DNA from: a bacterium
Lineage (GTDB): Bacteria > Krumholzibacteriota > Krumholzibacteriia > G020349025
Reading direction: 5' to 3'
DNA length: 64,000 nucleotides
NCBI GenBank assembly: GCA_031362565.1
Contig: JANLSU010000003.1
Span: forward strand, 1 to 64,000
The notes under the pieces are model-generated. The model was not told the origin of the DNA and made no database searches. It saw nothing but the letters and a program-made list of their open reading frames with translations. The translations under genes were made by a program, and so were the position numbers. This document shows positions 28,824 through 39,530 of the stretch, one piece after another (within the stretch, counting starts at the first letter, position 1; each line of letters starts with the position of its first letter).

Positions 28824-29726
28824 ATGGCTGTGCGTAGAGCTGCTCCCAAGAAGGCCGAGCCGGAAGCGTCCCGGAAACGGAACCGCCCCGCGGCAGCCGG
28901 CTCGCGCGCGGCCGCACCCGAGAGCGTCGATGACTCGTCCCCGGCGGCCGCGCCCGCGCCGGCTCGTATCGACCTCGAGCGCCTGGCGCCTGCAGCCCGG
29001 GCGCTCGCCGCCGGCACGCCGCCGCTCTATATCGGTACGTCGGGTTTTTCGTACACCGAGTGGCGCGGTTTCTTCTATCCCGACAAGCTGGCCAGCAAGG
29101 GCTTCCTGCCCTTCTACGCGGCATGCTTCCCGACCACCGAGATCAACAACACGTTTTATCGCATCCCTCGCCTCGCCATGACCGAACAATGGGCCGCGGC
29201 GGTGCCGGATGATTTTCGCTTTACGCTCAAACTCTCGCAGCGCGTCACCCATATCAAGCGCCTCAAGGACGTCGACCAAGAGATGAGTTGGTTCGCGGCC
29301 GCAGCCCTCGGCCTTGGAAGCAAGTTGGGACCCGTGCTCGTGCAGTTGCCGCCCAATTTCAAGAAAGACGTCGAACGGCTGGCGGCGTTTCTCGCCAAGC
29401 ACGCGCCGCGCGTCAACTTGGCATTCGAGTTCCGGCACGCCTCCTGGTTCGACGATGAGGTTTATACGCTCCTGCGGTCACACAACGCCGGGTTCGCGGT
29501 CGTCGAAATGGAAGAGGGCGATACGCTGCCACGCCCCCGCCTCGTGACCGGGCCGTTCGTCTACATGCGGCTCCGGAAAGGCCTCTATGCGCCCGGGGAA
29601 CTCGCCGATTGGGCCGCTTGGATGCGATCGCAATCCGTCCCCGTCTACTGCTATCTGAAGCACGACAATCAGGCGCCGGTGCTTGCAGCGGCGCTCGTGC
29701 AAGCGTTCACACCCGGCGCCCCCTGA
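28824..29726 (+). CDS. DUF72 (YecE-like) protein
   Basis: IGTSGFSY..W.G.FYP, EINNTFY, LVQLPP, FEFRH.SW, YMRL. Confidence 0.93.
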   Translation: MAVRRAAPKKAEPEASRKRNRPAAAGSRAAAPESVDDSSPAAAPAPARIDLERLAPAARALAAGTPPLYIGTSGFSYTEWRGFFYPDKLASKGFLPFYAACFPTTEINNTFYRIPRLAMTEQWAAAVPDDFRFTLKLSQRVTHIKRLKDVDQEMSWFAAAALGLGSKLGPVLVQLPPNFKKDVERLAAFLAKHAPRVNLAFEFRHASWFDDEVYTLLRSHNAGFAVVEMEEGDTLPRPRLVTGPFVYMRLRKGLYAPGELADWAAWMRSQSVPVYCYLKHDNQAPVLAAALVQAFTPGAP

Positions 29727-29728
29727 AA

Positions 29729-29759
29729 CGCGAAACGCCCCTTGGAGGGGCGTTTCGTG
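29729..29759. terminator. Hairpin between convergent genes (probable terminator)
   Basis: CGAAACGCCCC-TTGGA-GGGGCGTTTCG perfect 11-bp stem. Confidence 0.65.
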
Positions 29760-29803
29760 ACCTGCACTCCGCAGCGCGCAGCGCAATGCTCTCGACAGGA
29801 AAA

Positions 29804-30649
29804 CTACTTCGCAGCTCCCTGCAATTCATCCAGCTTACGCTTGGCGCGCTCGTTCTTCGGATCCAGCTCGACGGCCTTCCTGTAGGCCTCGATCGCCTTG
29901 TCCTTCGCGCCGGCTGCCAACTGTGTTTCGCCGATCATCATCTGAACCCGTCCCGACTTCGGGTTCATCTCGGCGTTCAGATTGAGCAGCGTCAACGCAT
30001 CGGCCATCTTCTTGTCGTTCGCGAGCCGCTCGGCCATCTGGTTCAAAGGCTGCTCGCCGAAGTCGAACGCATCACGCCCGTAGTACTTGTCGCGCAATTC
30101 GCGATAGCGCGCCACCGCACCGTCGACACCCTTGTCGGCCATCGTCCCGGTCAATACATCCTGCAGGCTGCGCGGTTGCATCTTGCCGTGATGGCACGTG
30201 GCGCAGGCCACTTGCACGCGCTCTTCGCCCGCCTTGAGCTTCACCTGAGTGATCCACTTGCTGTTCAGATCTTGCGTCATCTTCATCATGACGCGGGCGG
30301 TGGCTTTTTCCGGCTTGTCGTCGGACGCCCAGTTCCAGGTCTGCATCGGCTTTGTTTCGTCGCCGACGTGGCACGCGAGACAACGCACCCCAAGCGCACC
30401 CGCGAAGCCGCGCATCGTGTCATGCAGCGCTTCTTCGGAGATGTCCTTGGGCAGCACTTGCAAATTCTTGAAGCCCTCGGATGCCTCCGCCGCGGCAGCC
30501 GGTGCCTTGGCCGGCTGCGCCGTCGCGGTGTTCACGAGCAGCATTGTCGATGCGGCTGCCAACCCAATGACCGGCAGAATCACGCGGGCGTGCAGGATTT
30601 CCCGCTTGCGACCGCGTCGGCCCACCGGCTGAAACGTACGATTCTTCAT
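29804..30649 (-). CDS. Di-heme c-type cytochrome (photosynthetic-RC cytochrome-like domain) with TPR
   Basis: FKNLQVL, CLACH and CATCH heme motifs; C-terminal TPR (YRKAVELDP); start uncertain. Confidence 0.85.
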   Translation of the reverse strand: MKNRTFQPVGRRGRKREILHARVILPVIGLAAASTMLLVNTATAQPAKAPAAAAEASEGFKNLQVLPKDISEEALHDTMRGFAGALGVRCLACHVGDETKPMQTWNWASDDKPEKATARVMMKMTQDLNSKWITQVKLKAGEERVQVACATCHHGKMQPRSLQDVLTGTMADKGVDGAVARYRELRDKYYGRDAFDFGEQPLNQMAERLANDKKMADALTLLNLNAEMNPKSGRVQMMIGETQLAAGAKDKAIEAYRKAVELDPKNERAKRKLDELQGAAK

Positions 30650-30721
30650 GTCGAAGATCCCTCCCCGTACCACAGGTCCGGGGAAGATAGCCGGAAGCGG
30701 CCCGACGGCGCCAGAGGGGTT

Positions 30722-31984
30722 TTATTCGGCGTTCTTCTTGCGTTCGATCGGTGCGCCGAGCGCCGCGAACTTCTCTTCGATCTGCTCGTACCCGCGGTCG
30801 ATATGGTAGACGCGCGAGATCTCGCTGCGCCCTTGGGCCGTAAAGGCGGCCAGGATGAGCGCCGCGCTGGCGCGCAGGTCGGTTGCCATGACCGGTGCAC
30901 CCGACAATTTGGACGCCCCGGTCACCACCGCGATGTTACCGTCGAGCCGAATCTTGGCACCCAAGCGCCGCAACTCTGCAACGTGCGTGAAGCGATCCGG
31001 GTAGATCGTCTCGGTGATGAGACTGACACCATCTGCCACCGCCATCGCCGCCATGAACTGGGCTTGCAAGTCGGTCGCGAAGCCCGGGTACGGGGCGGTG
31101 ATGACGTCAACAGCCTTGAGTCCGTTGGCGCGCCGGATCCGGACCCACGTATCGCCGGTTTCGATCACGGCGCCGGCTTGCGAGAGCTTGTCGAGTAGCG
31201 ACTTCACGTGTTCGGGCACGCAGTGCGTCACCGTCACGTCGCCGCCCGTCATCAAGCCCGCGATCAGGAAAGTGCCGGCCTCGATGCGATCCGGCATCGT
31301 GACGTGCTCGAGTGGCCGGAGCGCCTTCACGCCTTCGATCTTGATCGTGTGTTTGCCGGCATTCTCGATCTTGGCGCCGGCGTGATTGAGCGCCTCCGCC
31401 AAATCCGGGATCTCGGGTTCGCGCGCCGCGTTCACCAGCAGCGTCGTGCCTTCCGCCAGCACGGCCGCCATCATCACGTTGATGGTCGCCCCGACGCTCG
31501 GGATCTCGAAGAAAATCTCGGCGCCCTTGAGCCCATTCGGCGCTTTGGCGTCGATGAAACCATGTTCGATGTCGATCTTGGCGCCGAGCTTCTCCATGCC
31601 CATCAGGTGCAAGTCCACGGGCCGCGGGCCCCAGGCGCAACCGCCCGGCAAGCTGACGCGCGCCCGGCCCTTGCGCGCCAGAAGCGGCCCGAGCGCATAG
31701 ATGGAAGCGCGCATGGTCTTGACCAGCTCATAGGGTGCTTCGCAGAAGTCGAAATCGCGCGCATCGATGTGCATGGTGCCGCGCTCGTGATCGACGCGCG
31801 CACCGAGCACGCGGAGCAAATGCGCCATGGTTTCGGTGTCGCGCAGGTGCGGAACGCGCTGCAGCGTGCTCACGCCTTCGGACAAGAGCGCTGCGGTCAT
31901 CACCGGCAGAACGGCGTTCTTGGCGCCGCTCACCTCGACGGTGCCTTGAAGCCGAACCGGTCCTTCGATTACGAAGCTATCCAC
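30722..31984 (-). CDS. murA: UDP-N-acetylglucosamine 1-carboxyvinyltransferase
   Basis: SGAKNA, MRAS, LPGGCAWGPRPVDLH (catalytic Cys), PDRIEAGT, TDLRA. Confidence 0.97.
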   Translation of the reverse strand: MDSFVIEGPVRLQGTVEVSGAKNAVLPVMTAALLSEGVSTLQRVPHLRDTETMAHLLRVLGARVDHERGTMHIDARDFDFCEAPYELVKTMRASIYALGPLLARKGRARVSLPGGCAWGPRPVDLHLMGMEKLGAKIDIEHGFIDAKAPNGLKGAEIFFEIPSVGATINVMMAAVLAEGTTLLVNAAREPEIPDLAEALNHAGAKIENAGKHTIKIEGVKALRPLEHVTMPDRIEAGTFLIAGLMTGGDVTVTHCVPEHVKSLLDKLSQAGAVIETGDTWVRIRRANGLKAVDVITAPYPGFATDLQAQFMAAMAVADGVSLITETIYPDRFTHVAELRRLGAKIRLDGNIAVVTGASKLSGAPVMATDLRASAALILAAFTAQGRSEISRVYHIDRGYEQIEEKFAALGAPIERKKNAE

Positions 31985-32018
31985 CGCGCTCCCCCTCGTC
32001 GTCGTCCAACCCCGCGCG

Positions 32019-32903
32019 TCAGCGCGTTCCCAGCACGATGCGGTCGAGTCCCGCGTAGTCCTGCAACAACGTCACGTCCTGCAGGCCTGCAGCACGGAAC
32101 AGTTCGGTCGCAGCCGCCCCCTGCCGGTGGCCGATCTCGACCGCCAACATCCCTCCTGGCGACAGAAACTGCAAGCCTCGGGTGCACAGGTAGCGATGGA
32201 AATCGAGTCCGTCATCGCCGCCGTGCAACGCTTGGTGCGGTTCGTGATCCCGCACCACCGGATCCAACCCGATCATTTCGTCCGTCGTCACGTACGGCGG
32301 ATTGGACACGACGCACGCCATCGTGCCCGCGAGATCCGGCGCCAGCGCCTCGAAGCGGTCCATGACCAAGACGTGGACGCGCTCGGCGACAGCATGACGG
32401 CGGGCGTTCCCCGCGGCGACAGCCGCCGCGCCCGGGCTCGCATCGGTCGTCCAGACCTCGACATGGGGAAGGTGCACAGCCAATGCCACCGCGATCGCTC
32501 CACTGCCGGTTCCGAGCTCCAGAACGGCGGCGGTCCCCCGTCCGGCCAACTTCGCCAAGCGCTTCTCGACCGCGTCCACCAAAAGCTCGGTTTCCGGACG
32601 CGGCACCAGGACGCGCGGATCGACGGCGAACGTCAGGCCCAAGAACTCGGCGTCGCCTTCCACATATTGGAGCGGCTGGCCGCTGCCATAGGCGCGGACC
32701 AAAGCCCGAAAGGCCGCAAGCACGGCCTCGTCGATGACTTGCTCGGTGCGCAGGTACAAATCGACGCGGCGGCAGCCCCAGGCGTGGGCCAAGAGGCGCT
32801 CGGCGGCCAAACGCGCCGCCGGCCGGCCCTTTTCGATGAAGTAGGCGGTCGTGGTCTTGAGAAGTTCGAGGCTCGTCCAGGTCCGCGTCGCCATGCCCGT
32901 CAT
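32019..32903 (-). CDS. prmC: Release factor glutamine methyltransferase
   Basis: PLQY, LVPRPETE, ELGTGSGAIA, SNPPY. Confidence 0.95.
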   Translation of the reverse strand: MTGMATRTWTSLELLKTTTAYFIEKGRPAARLAAERLLAHAWGCRRVDLYLRTEQVIDEAVLAAFRALVRAYGSGQPLQYVEGDAEFLGLTFAVDPRVLVPRPETELLVDAVEKRLAKLAGRGTAAVLELGTGSGAIAVALAVHLPHVEVWTTDASPGAAAVAAGNARRHAVAERVHVLVMDRFEALAPDLAGTMACVVSNPPYVTTDEMIGLDPVVRDHEPHQALHGGDDGLDFHRYLCTRGLQFLSPGGMLAVEIGHRQGAAATELFRAAGLQDVTLLQDYAGLDRIVLGTR

Positions 32904-33145
32904 TCTCCCAAACCACTCCCCAGACAGGTACCGCTGAACTTGTTTCCGAACGGTGCGTGAGTGCCTGACCGCCCGCCGTCGTCGGCACCGCGGCGAGGAG
33001 CCCTACAGCGTCCGAACCGGCTCGGGTTTTCGACCGGTGATCCGGAGCGACCGCCCATTCCACCATGGCACGCTGATCGGTGTATCGACAAGTCCCGAGG
33101 CAAGACAAAAGTGGGTCTCCGTTCGATCGTTCCCTTGGAAAGCGG

Positions 33146-33874
33146 TCAATGCTGTAGCGCCACCCGCTGCTTCCATTGCTCACTGTTCACGCCCTTGATG
33201 ATGAGCCACAAACAGAGAGAGAGCTCGCCGACGAAGGCCGGTGCCAAGATGGCGGGAAACATCGCTGCCGCGAAGGAAGGCGCTAAAAGCAAAGCGAAGC
33301 TGTTCGTCAGATAGCACAGGCCGGCAATCAAGATCAGAAGACCAAGGACTCTTGGGAAGTATCCGGATCTGAAGATCAGATAGCCGCGAACCAAGCATGC
33401 GAAGCCAAAAAATATGAGCCCGATGCCAAAGCCAAAGCCGTGCGCCTTGATTGCCACAGAAGACAGCGCATGCAGCTGCTCGGGCGAGAAGGCTTTCAAG
33501 AAGCCGGCGTCTTCTTGCAGGAAAATGGGAACCAAAAGGTTGAGCTTGTTGGCGGCCAAGACCGCGGTCTGCACCAGATTCATCAAAGTTGCCAACAACG
33601 CGAGGCTCTTGCTGACCGGCCTGAGCAACAAGTAGAGGACCACGATCACCGGTACATCACAGACGTGCATCAGGATGTCGCCGGCGATGCCGGCGCGCCA
33701 AAGAACATTGGAACCCGAAATGTTACTTGCAGTAGCGGCCGCGTCGCCGGAAACGACGAGTGTGCCTCGTACGAACATCTCTCCGAAGAGGCCGAGAAGG
33801 ATGATGGCGAGATACAACACGCCGCCAAGACGCGCGTAGAGCTGCGGGGACCGTTCAATGGAAGAGTGCATCAT
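33146..33874 (-). CDS. DUF4386-type membrane protein
   Basis: ARLGGVLYL...GDAAATA.NI, FFG, SGYFPRVLG, ELSLCLWLIIKGV; about 6 TM segments; visibly lower GC. Confidence 0.85.
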   Translation of the reverse strand: MMHSSIERSPQLYARLGGVLYLAIILLGLFGEMFVRGTLVVSGDAAATASNISGSNVLWRAGIAGDILMHVCDVPVIVVLYLLLRPVSKSLALLATLMNLVQTAVLAANKLNLLVPIFLQEDAGFLKAFSPEQLHALSSVAIKAHGFGFGIGLIFFGFACLVRGYLIFRSGYFPRVLGLLILIAGLCYLTNSFALLLAPSFAAAMFPAILAPAFVGELSLCLWLIIKGVNSEQWKQRVALQH

Positions 33875-33917
33875 TTGACGTTCGCTTACCTTGCCTGTGC
33901 GACGCCCAATGCGGCGC

Positions 33918-34988
33918 TCAATCCGCTGCCAGCAAGGCCCGCTGATGGTCGGTGACGAGCGCTTGGATGATATCGCTCAAGTCGCCGTCCAGGATCCCCG
34001 CTAAATTGTGCACCGTCAACCCGATACGGTGGTCGGTGAAACGTGACTGCGGGAAATTGTAAGTGCGAATCTTGTCGCTGCGCTCCGCACTGCCGATCTG
34101 CGACCGGCGTTCGTCGGCGCGCTTTTCATCGCGCTCGGCGCGCTGCTTCTCGAACAAGCGCGAACGCAGGATCTTGAGCGCCTTGTCCTTGTTCTTGAGC
34201 TGCGAACGTTCGTCCTGGCAACGCACTTCGAGGCCGGTCGGCAAGTGCACGATGCGCACCGCGGAATCGGTTGTGTTGACGTGCTGGCCTCCGGGGCCAC
34301 CGGCGCGGCAGACCTCGATCTGCAGGTCGCCCGGGTTGATGTCGACTTCCACCGCCTCGACCTCGGGAAGCACGGCGACCGTCGCCGTCGACGTATGAAT
34401 GCGCCCACTGGCTTCGGTCTCCGGCACGCGTTGCACACGGTGCACGCCACTTTCGAAGCGCAGCTTGCCGTACGCCCCCGTGCCGTTCACCGAGAAGATG
34501 ATTTCCTTGAACCCGCCGATGCCGGTCGCATTCGACGACAGAAGTTCCATCTTCCAGCCCTGGCGTTCGGCGTAACGCTGGTACATGCGGGCCAGATTCG
34601 CGGCGAAGAGTGCCGCCTCTTCCCCGCCGGTGCCGGCGCGGATTTCGACGATCGTGTTCTTTTCCGCCAGCGGGTCGGGCGGCAGCAGCATGACTTCGAG
34701 TTGCGCTTCGAGCTCGGCCCCGCGGGCTGCCAGCGTGTCGGCTTCCTGGCGCGCCAGTTCCTTCATTTCGCGATCGTCGCTCGTCCGCAAGAGATCGTTG
34801 GCGCTCGCCCGCTCGGCGTGCACCTTCTGATACAGGCGTGCCACGTCGACGATATCGCGCAGCCGCCGGTGTTCCCGCGACAGGTCTTGCAGGCGCTTCT
34901 GGTCGCGGAGCACGTCGGCGTCGCCGAGCTGCCGCTCGATCGACTCGAACTTGTCGATGATGCCTTGGAGTTTTTCTGGAGTCAGCAT
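33918..34988 (-). CDS. prfA: Peptide chain release factor 1
   Basis: [20 protein letters not shown] (PxT, RF1-specific), [15 protein letters not shown]. Confidence 0.97.
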   Translation of the reverse strand: MLTPEKLQGIIDKFESIERQLGDADVLRDQKRLQDLSREHRRLRDIVDVARLYQKVHAERASANDLLRTSDDREMKELARQEADTLAARGAELEAQLEVMLLPPDPLAEKNTIVEIRAGTGGEEAALFAANLARMYQRYAERQGWKMELLSSNATGIGGFKEIIFSVNGTGAYGKLRFESGVHRVQRVPETEASGRIHTSTATVAVLPEVEAVEVDINPGDLQIEVCRAGGPGGQHVNTTDSAVRIVHLPTGLEVRCQDERSQLKNKDKALKILRSRLFEKQRAERDEKRADERRSQIGSAERSDKIRTYNFPQSRFTDHRIGLTVHNLAGILDGDLSDIIQALVTDHQRALLAAD

Positions 34989-35040
34989 GGGCGGAACCGG
35001 AGTTGGCGTGAGGCTCGGTTGGGTGGCCTGAAAATGCGCG

Positions 35041-35997
35041 TCAAGCGCCGGCGCTCGACAGCACCAACGCCGGCCGCCGGGCCGCCGGAGCTTCGTCGCC
35101 TTCGTATGCCAAGCAGGCATTGATGGCGGCCATCGCCACCTCTACCTGGTCGAGCGTCGGCTCTTTGGTCGTGATCTTCTGCAGCCACAGGCCCGGCAGA
35201 ATGAGCGGCATCATCCAGCGCTGATAAGCGGCCTTGCCCGACAGCTTGATGAGCTCGTAGGCGATGCCCGCGATCAGCGGCACGAACGCGATGCGCTCCA
35301 GGCGGTCGCCGAGAGTCTCCGGCCGTCCGAGGAAGCTGAACACCACGATGCTCGTCAGCATGACGAGCAACAGAAAACTGGTACCGCACCGCGGGTGCAG
35401 TGTCGTGAACTTCTTCGATTGCTCGGGTTCGAGCGGCAGTCCGGCCTCGAACACGTAGATCGATTTGTGCTCGGCGCCGTGGTACTGGAAAATCCGCCGC
35501 ATGTCCTTCCACAGCGAAATCCCGTAGATGTAGGCCAAGAAGAAGGCGATCCGGAAAGCGCCGTCCACGAGGTTGAAGAGGATGCTGTTCTTCACCCCGG
35601 TCAGGCCGGTCAACACGAGCGGCAAATAGAAAAAGATGCCGAGCCCGAGTGCAAAAGCCACGATCAGCGTCGCGATCATGCCGGCCTGCTGCTTCCACGA
35701 TGCCGGCGCGTCCTTGGGACGCTCGTCTTCGGCCATTGCCTGGTCGGCCGAATAGTTGAGCGATTCCATTCCCAGGATGAGCGTTTCGATGAGATTGATC
35801 CCACCGCGCAGGATCGGCAGGTTGAGGAATTTGTACCGCGCAGCGATCCCACGAAACGCCTTGTGGGTCACGACGATCTCACCGTTCGGCTTGCGAACGG
35901 CGGTCGCGACGGCTGCCGGCGAGCGCATCATCACGCCTTCCAGCACGGCTTGGCCGCCGATGCTGAAGGACGGGACGATTTCAGCGCTTGGCTTCAT
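35041..35997 (-). CDS. DUF1385 membrane protein
   Basis: [38 protein letters not shown]. Confidence 0.95.
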   Translation of the reverse strand: MKPSAEIVPSFSIGGQAVLEGVMMRSPAAVATAVRKPNGEIVVTHKAFRGIAARYKFLNLPILRGGINLIETLILGMESLNYSADQAMAEDERPKDAPASWKQQAGMIATLIVAFALGLGIFFYLPLVLTGLTGVKNSILFNLVDGAFRIAFFLAYIYGISLWKDMRRIFQYHGAEHKSIYVFEAGLPLEPEQSKKFTTLHPRCGTSFLLLVMLTSIVVFSFLGRPETLGDRLERIAFVPLIAGIAYELIKLSGKAAYQRWMMPLILPGLWLQKITTKEPTLDQVEVAMAAINACLAYEGDEAPAARRPALVLSSAGA

Positions 35998-36016
35998 GGG
36001 ATCCTTCAGCCGGCGA

Positions 36017-36241
36017 TCAGGCCTTCACGGGGCGCGCGATACCGGCCTTCTCGTACTTGCGACGGAACTTCTCGACGCGGCCGGCGGTGTCGAGGCTCTT
36101 TTCCTTGCCCGTATAGAACGGGTGGCACAGCGAGCAAATTTCGACGTGCAACTCGGACGTCACCGAACGGGTCTCGATGATGTTGCCGCACACGCAATGG
36201 ATCTTGGCGTTGACGTAGCGCGGGTGGATTCCCGGTTTCAT
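36017..36241 (-). CDS. rpmE: 50S ribosomal protein L31 (Zn-binding type)
   Basis: [28 protein letters not shown]. Confidence 0.97.
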   Translation of the reverse strand: MKPGIHPRYVNAKIHCVCGNIIETRSVTSELHVEICSLCHPFYTGKEKSLDTAGRVEKFRRKYEKAGIARPVKA

Positions 36242-36349
36242 CTGCGAACACTCCTCGGAGGAAACTGCGGACTGGGGACCTTGGACTTCTCGGATTGCGC
36301 CGGGCCACCAGGGGCCCGTGGCGCGATGCCCGCGCCCGTAAGTACGACA

Positions 36350-36401
36350 ACGTTAACAAGATAGCAAGGGCCTGTCAACGGGCCGCCAGGGGCGGCCCGT
36401 T
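36350..36401 (-). promoter_or_regulatory. sigma70-type promoter of rpmE with an overlapping hairpin
   Basis: TTGACA-17-TAACGT with TGn extension; perfect 11-bp inverted repeat at 36377-36401 overlaps the -35. Confidence 0.7.
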
Positions 36402-36524
36402 TCCGGGGCCGCAATCCGCAGGCGTTTCGGACCAAACCCGTTCGTGGCCGGGACTTGCGTGGCTGCCCAGGCCCCGGAACCGGATTGCACCGGCCTTCGG
36501 CCGGCGCGACTTCGGCCCGCGTGA

Positions 36525-37907
36525 CTAGCCAGGCGTATTCATCGACTCCAGGAACTTCCGGTTGCTGCTGGTCTTGGACAGCTTGTCGATGAGGAACTCC
36601 ATGGCCTCCACCGACGGCTTCTCGTCCAGGAACTTGCGCAGGATCCAGACCTTGTTGAGCACGGCCGGCGCCATGAGCAGCTCTTCCTTACGCGTTCCGG
36701 ACTTCGAAACGTCGATGGCCGGGAACACGCGGCGGTCCGCCAAGCGGCGCTCGAGCACGAGTTCCATGTTACCGGTGCCCTTGAACTCCTCGAAAATGAC
36801 TTCGTCCATGCGGCTGCCGGTTTCGATCAGCGCCGTCGCGATAATGGTCAGACTGCCGCCGCCCTCGATGTTGCGCGCCGCGCCGAAAAAGCGCTTCGGC
36901 TTCTGCAACGCGTTCGAGTCGACACCACCGGACAGGATCTTGCCCGAGTGGGGCACGACCGCATTGTGGGCGCGGGCCAAACGCGTGATCGAGTCGAGCA
37001 GGATGACCACATCCTTGCCATGCTCCACCAAACGCTTGGCCTTTTCGAGCACCATGTCCGACACCTGCACGTGGCGGTCGGCCGGCTCGTCGAAGGTCGA
37101 ACTGATGACCTCGCCCTTCACCGAGCGCTGCATGTCGGTCACTTCTTCCGGGCGTTCGTCGATCAACAGCACGATGAGCACGACTTCCGGATGATTCTCG
37201 GTGATCGAGTTGGCGATCTTCTGCAGCAGGATGGTCTTGCCCGCCTTGGGCGGCGACACGATCAACCCGCGCTGTCCCTTGCCGATCGGTGCCAGCAAGT
37301 TGATGATGCGCGTCGACACTTCCTCGGCCGAAGTCTCGAGATTGACCATCTCCTCGGGATACAGCGGCGTCAGGTTGTCGAACAGCGTCTTGGTCTTCGC
37401 GACCTCCGGATTCTCAAAGTTCACAGCCTCGACACGCAGCAGCGCGAAATAGCGCTCGGTGTCCTTGGGGGGGCGAATCTGGCCCGACACCGTATCACCG
37501 GTCCGCAGGTCGAACTTCTTGATCTGCGACGGGGAGACATAGATGTCGTCGGGGCCGGGCAAATAATTATAGTCGGGCGAGCGCAAGAACCCATAGCCCT
37601 CGGGCAGGATCTGCAGCACACCCTCCGAGAAGATGAGCCCGTTCTTCTTGGTCTGCGCTTCGAGAATCTCAAAGATCAGCTCCTGCTTCCGCAGGCCGCT
37701 CGTGTTGGCGATCTTGAGTTCATTCGCGACGCCAATGAGGTCGTCGATTTTCTTGTTCTTGAGTTCGGCGATATCCATCACCGGGTCGCGTTGGTTCGAT
37801 TCGCGCGAGACGGTGTCCGAATCTTCGTGGTTACCGTTGGGCTGCGCCGCCTGCTCGAGGGGCAGTGAGGGATCCGGAGCAGGCCGGCGTGTTTGCTTGG
37901 TAGGCAC
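36525..37907 (-). CDS. rho: Transcription termination factor Rho
   Basis: [41 protein letters not shown]; start uncertain (GTG 37907, ATG 37916 or ATG 37778). Confidence 0.97.
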   Translation of the reverse strand: MPTKQTRRPAPDPSLPLEQAAQPNGNHEDSDTVSRESNQRDPVMDIAELKNKKIDDLIGVANELKIANTSGLRKQELIFEILEAQTKKNGLIFSEGVLQILPEGYGFLRSPDYNYLPGPDDIYVSPSQIKKFDLRTGDTVSGQIRPPKDTERYFALLRVEAVNFENPEVAKTKTLFDNLTPLYPEEMVNLETSAEEVSTRIINLLAPIGKGQRGLIVSPPKAGKTILLQKIANSITENHPEVVLIVLLIDERPEEVTDMQRSVKGEVISSTFDEPADRHVQVSDMVLEKAKRLVEHGKDVVILLDSITRLARAHNAVVPHSGKILSGGVDSNALQKPKRFFGAARNIEGGGSLTIIATALIETGSRMDEVIFEEFKGTGNMELVLERRLADRRVFPAIDVSKSGTRKEELLMAPAVLNKVWILRKFLDEKPSVEAMEFLIDKLSKTSSNRKFLESMNTPG

Positions 37908-38157
37908 TTGTCTCATCCTGTGGATTGGAGGGTTCCCGAGTCCGCGCGAAGGGCTCGCACGGACTCCTTTTGGCACGAACCCGACCTTCGTTCCTTCGGG
38001 CGGAGGACGGTCCCCAACGCGTGGAGATCGCTCGCCTGCCTGCACTGGAGATCCCCGGAAGCCTTGGGTCCTGAACACGGTACTTCGCCGCGTCAAGGCG
38101 ACCGTCGAGCTGCGGGGGAGTGCGGAGGTCGGTGTGGAGTGCTCTTTTCAGAACGCG

Positions 38158-38187
38158 ACTCTACACCCGGTGGCCTTGCCGTGTCAA
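38158..38187 (-). promoter_or_regulatory. sigma70-type promoter upstream of rho
   Basis: TTGACA-18-TAGAGT. Confidence 0.6.
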
Positions 38188-38234
38188 GCACGGTGGCGTC
38201 CTATTGGCCATCGGGGGGTTGCCGTGCACGAGAC

Positions 38235-38251
38235 TGCATCGCCCATGCCAA
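38235..38251 (-). promoter_or_regulatory. Putative sigma54 (-24/-12) promoter upstream of rho
   Basis: TTGGCATGGGCGATGCA with GG-N10-GC spacing. Confidence 0.45.
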
Positions 38252-38324
38252 TCATTCGGGCGAGGCGATCCGCCTCGTGCACGGCGCCACTTCTGAACGC
38301 ACGGAAGGCCGCGCGCCCACGGTT

Positions 38325-39530
38325 TTACTGCGCTTTCTGCCGTAGCTCGCTGAACTTCTTCAGTGAACGTGCAGCCGCGGCGGTGTCGCCGATGCCACGC
38401 TGGCAATATCCCAGCACCTGGTAGGCGGTGTCTTTGTTCGGGTTGATCCCGACCAATTGCGTACCGACCTTGATACCTTCGTTGTAATGCGCCTTGGCTT
38501 CGTCCATCTTGCCGTCTTTTTCGAATGCATCGCCCGCCTTGTAGTGCGTGACGAGGAGCGCATACAGGGCTTCCTCGTACGCGGGCTGGCCTTCCGGCGT
38601 CAGCTTGAGCGCCTTGTCATAGGACGCGAGCGCGTCATCGAATTTGATTTGCTTGGTATAGATCAAGCCGATGACGCTATAGGTCTCGGCGTCGTCCGGG
38701 CTGATCTGGGCCAGACGCTCCTTGACCGAGAGCGACAGCGTCAGGTACTCGATCGCGCCTTCCAAGTCGCCGTCGTTGTACAACCGGCTGCCGATGACAC
38801 GCGGCAATTCGTAGTTCTCGGGGTCCAGCTCGATGGCCCGGGCGAGCGCCTCCTGCGACTCCTTCTTCTGGCCCTTCTGCCACAGCACTTCACCCTTGGT
38901 CTGCCACACGCTGACGACCTTGTCCTTTTCCGCCGGCTTGAGCTCGATGACCTTTTCGAGGTCGCGCAGCGCGGCATCGGTCATTTCAGTGAAATGGGTT
39001 TCATCCTTCGCCCGCTTGGCGACCTTGGCGAGTTCCCAGATCGCCGCCGCGTGGGCGTAGTAACCGGCATAGTTTTCGGGGTCGGCGATCGTCGCCAGCC
39101 GGTACTCGAGCGCCGCAGTCGCGTTGTCGCCCTTCTTGGTGGCGATCACCCCGCGGTTGTAGTGGCGCCCAAACAACGACACGATATTGTCATCGGCACT
39201 CTTGCCCCAGGCACCGGCAGCGTATTTCTTGGCGGACCCGAAGTGCTCGTAGGCCTTGCTCAGAAACAGCTCCGCGGAATCGCCGTAGGCCGGCGCCTCG
39301 GGCTTCAGTTCGCTGTCCTTGCCGAAGTAGGCCGCGCCCAGGAAATAGTGCGTGTCGCCATCGGCGGCATTCAACGCCAGCGCTTTGACGCCCTGGGCGA
39401 TCGCCTTGTCGAACAGCTTCTCATGCACATAGATCTTCATACTGGTCTTGTTGACGCCGCCGGCACCGCCGCCGCAGCCCACGAGCCCGAGGATGCTGAG
39501 GGCAACCAGCCCCAGAATCAGTTTACGCAT
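38325..39530 (-). CDS. TPR-repeat lipoprotein
   Basis: GGAGG SD; lipobox LVGC; multiple TPR repeats (ALARAIELDP, YDKALKLTP). Confidence 0.88.
   Translation of the reverse strand: MRKLILGLVALSILGLVGCGGGAGGVNKTSMKIYVHEKLFDKAIAQGVKALALNAADGDTHYFLGAAYFGKDSELKPEAPAYGDSAELFLSKAYEHFGSAKKYAAGAWGKSADDNIVSLFGRHYNRGVIATKKGDNATAALEYRLATIADPENYAGYYAHAAAIWELAKVAKRAKDETHFTEMTDAALRDLEKVIELKPAEKDKVVSVWQTKGEVLWQKGQKKESQEALARAIELDPENYELPRVIGSRLYNDGDLEGAIEYLTLSLSVKERLAQISPDDAETYSVIGLIYTKQIKFDDALASYDKALKLTPEGQPAYEEALYALLVTHYKAGDAFEKDGKMDEAKAHYNEGIKVGTQLVGINPNKDTAYQVLGYCQRGIGDTAAAARSLKKFSELRQKAQ

Noticed and set aside
33875..33917. attC-like end (ATTGGGC) before the DUF4386 gene
   Set aside because: Lacks the GTT core, and there is no matching RYYYAAC after the gene
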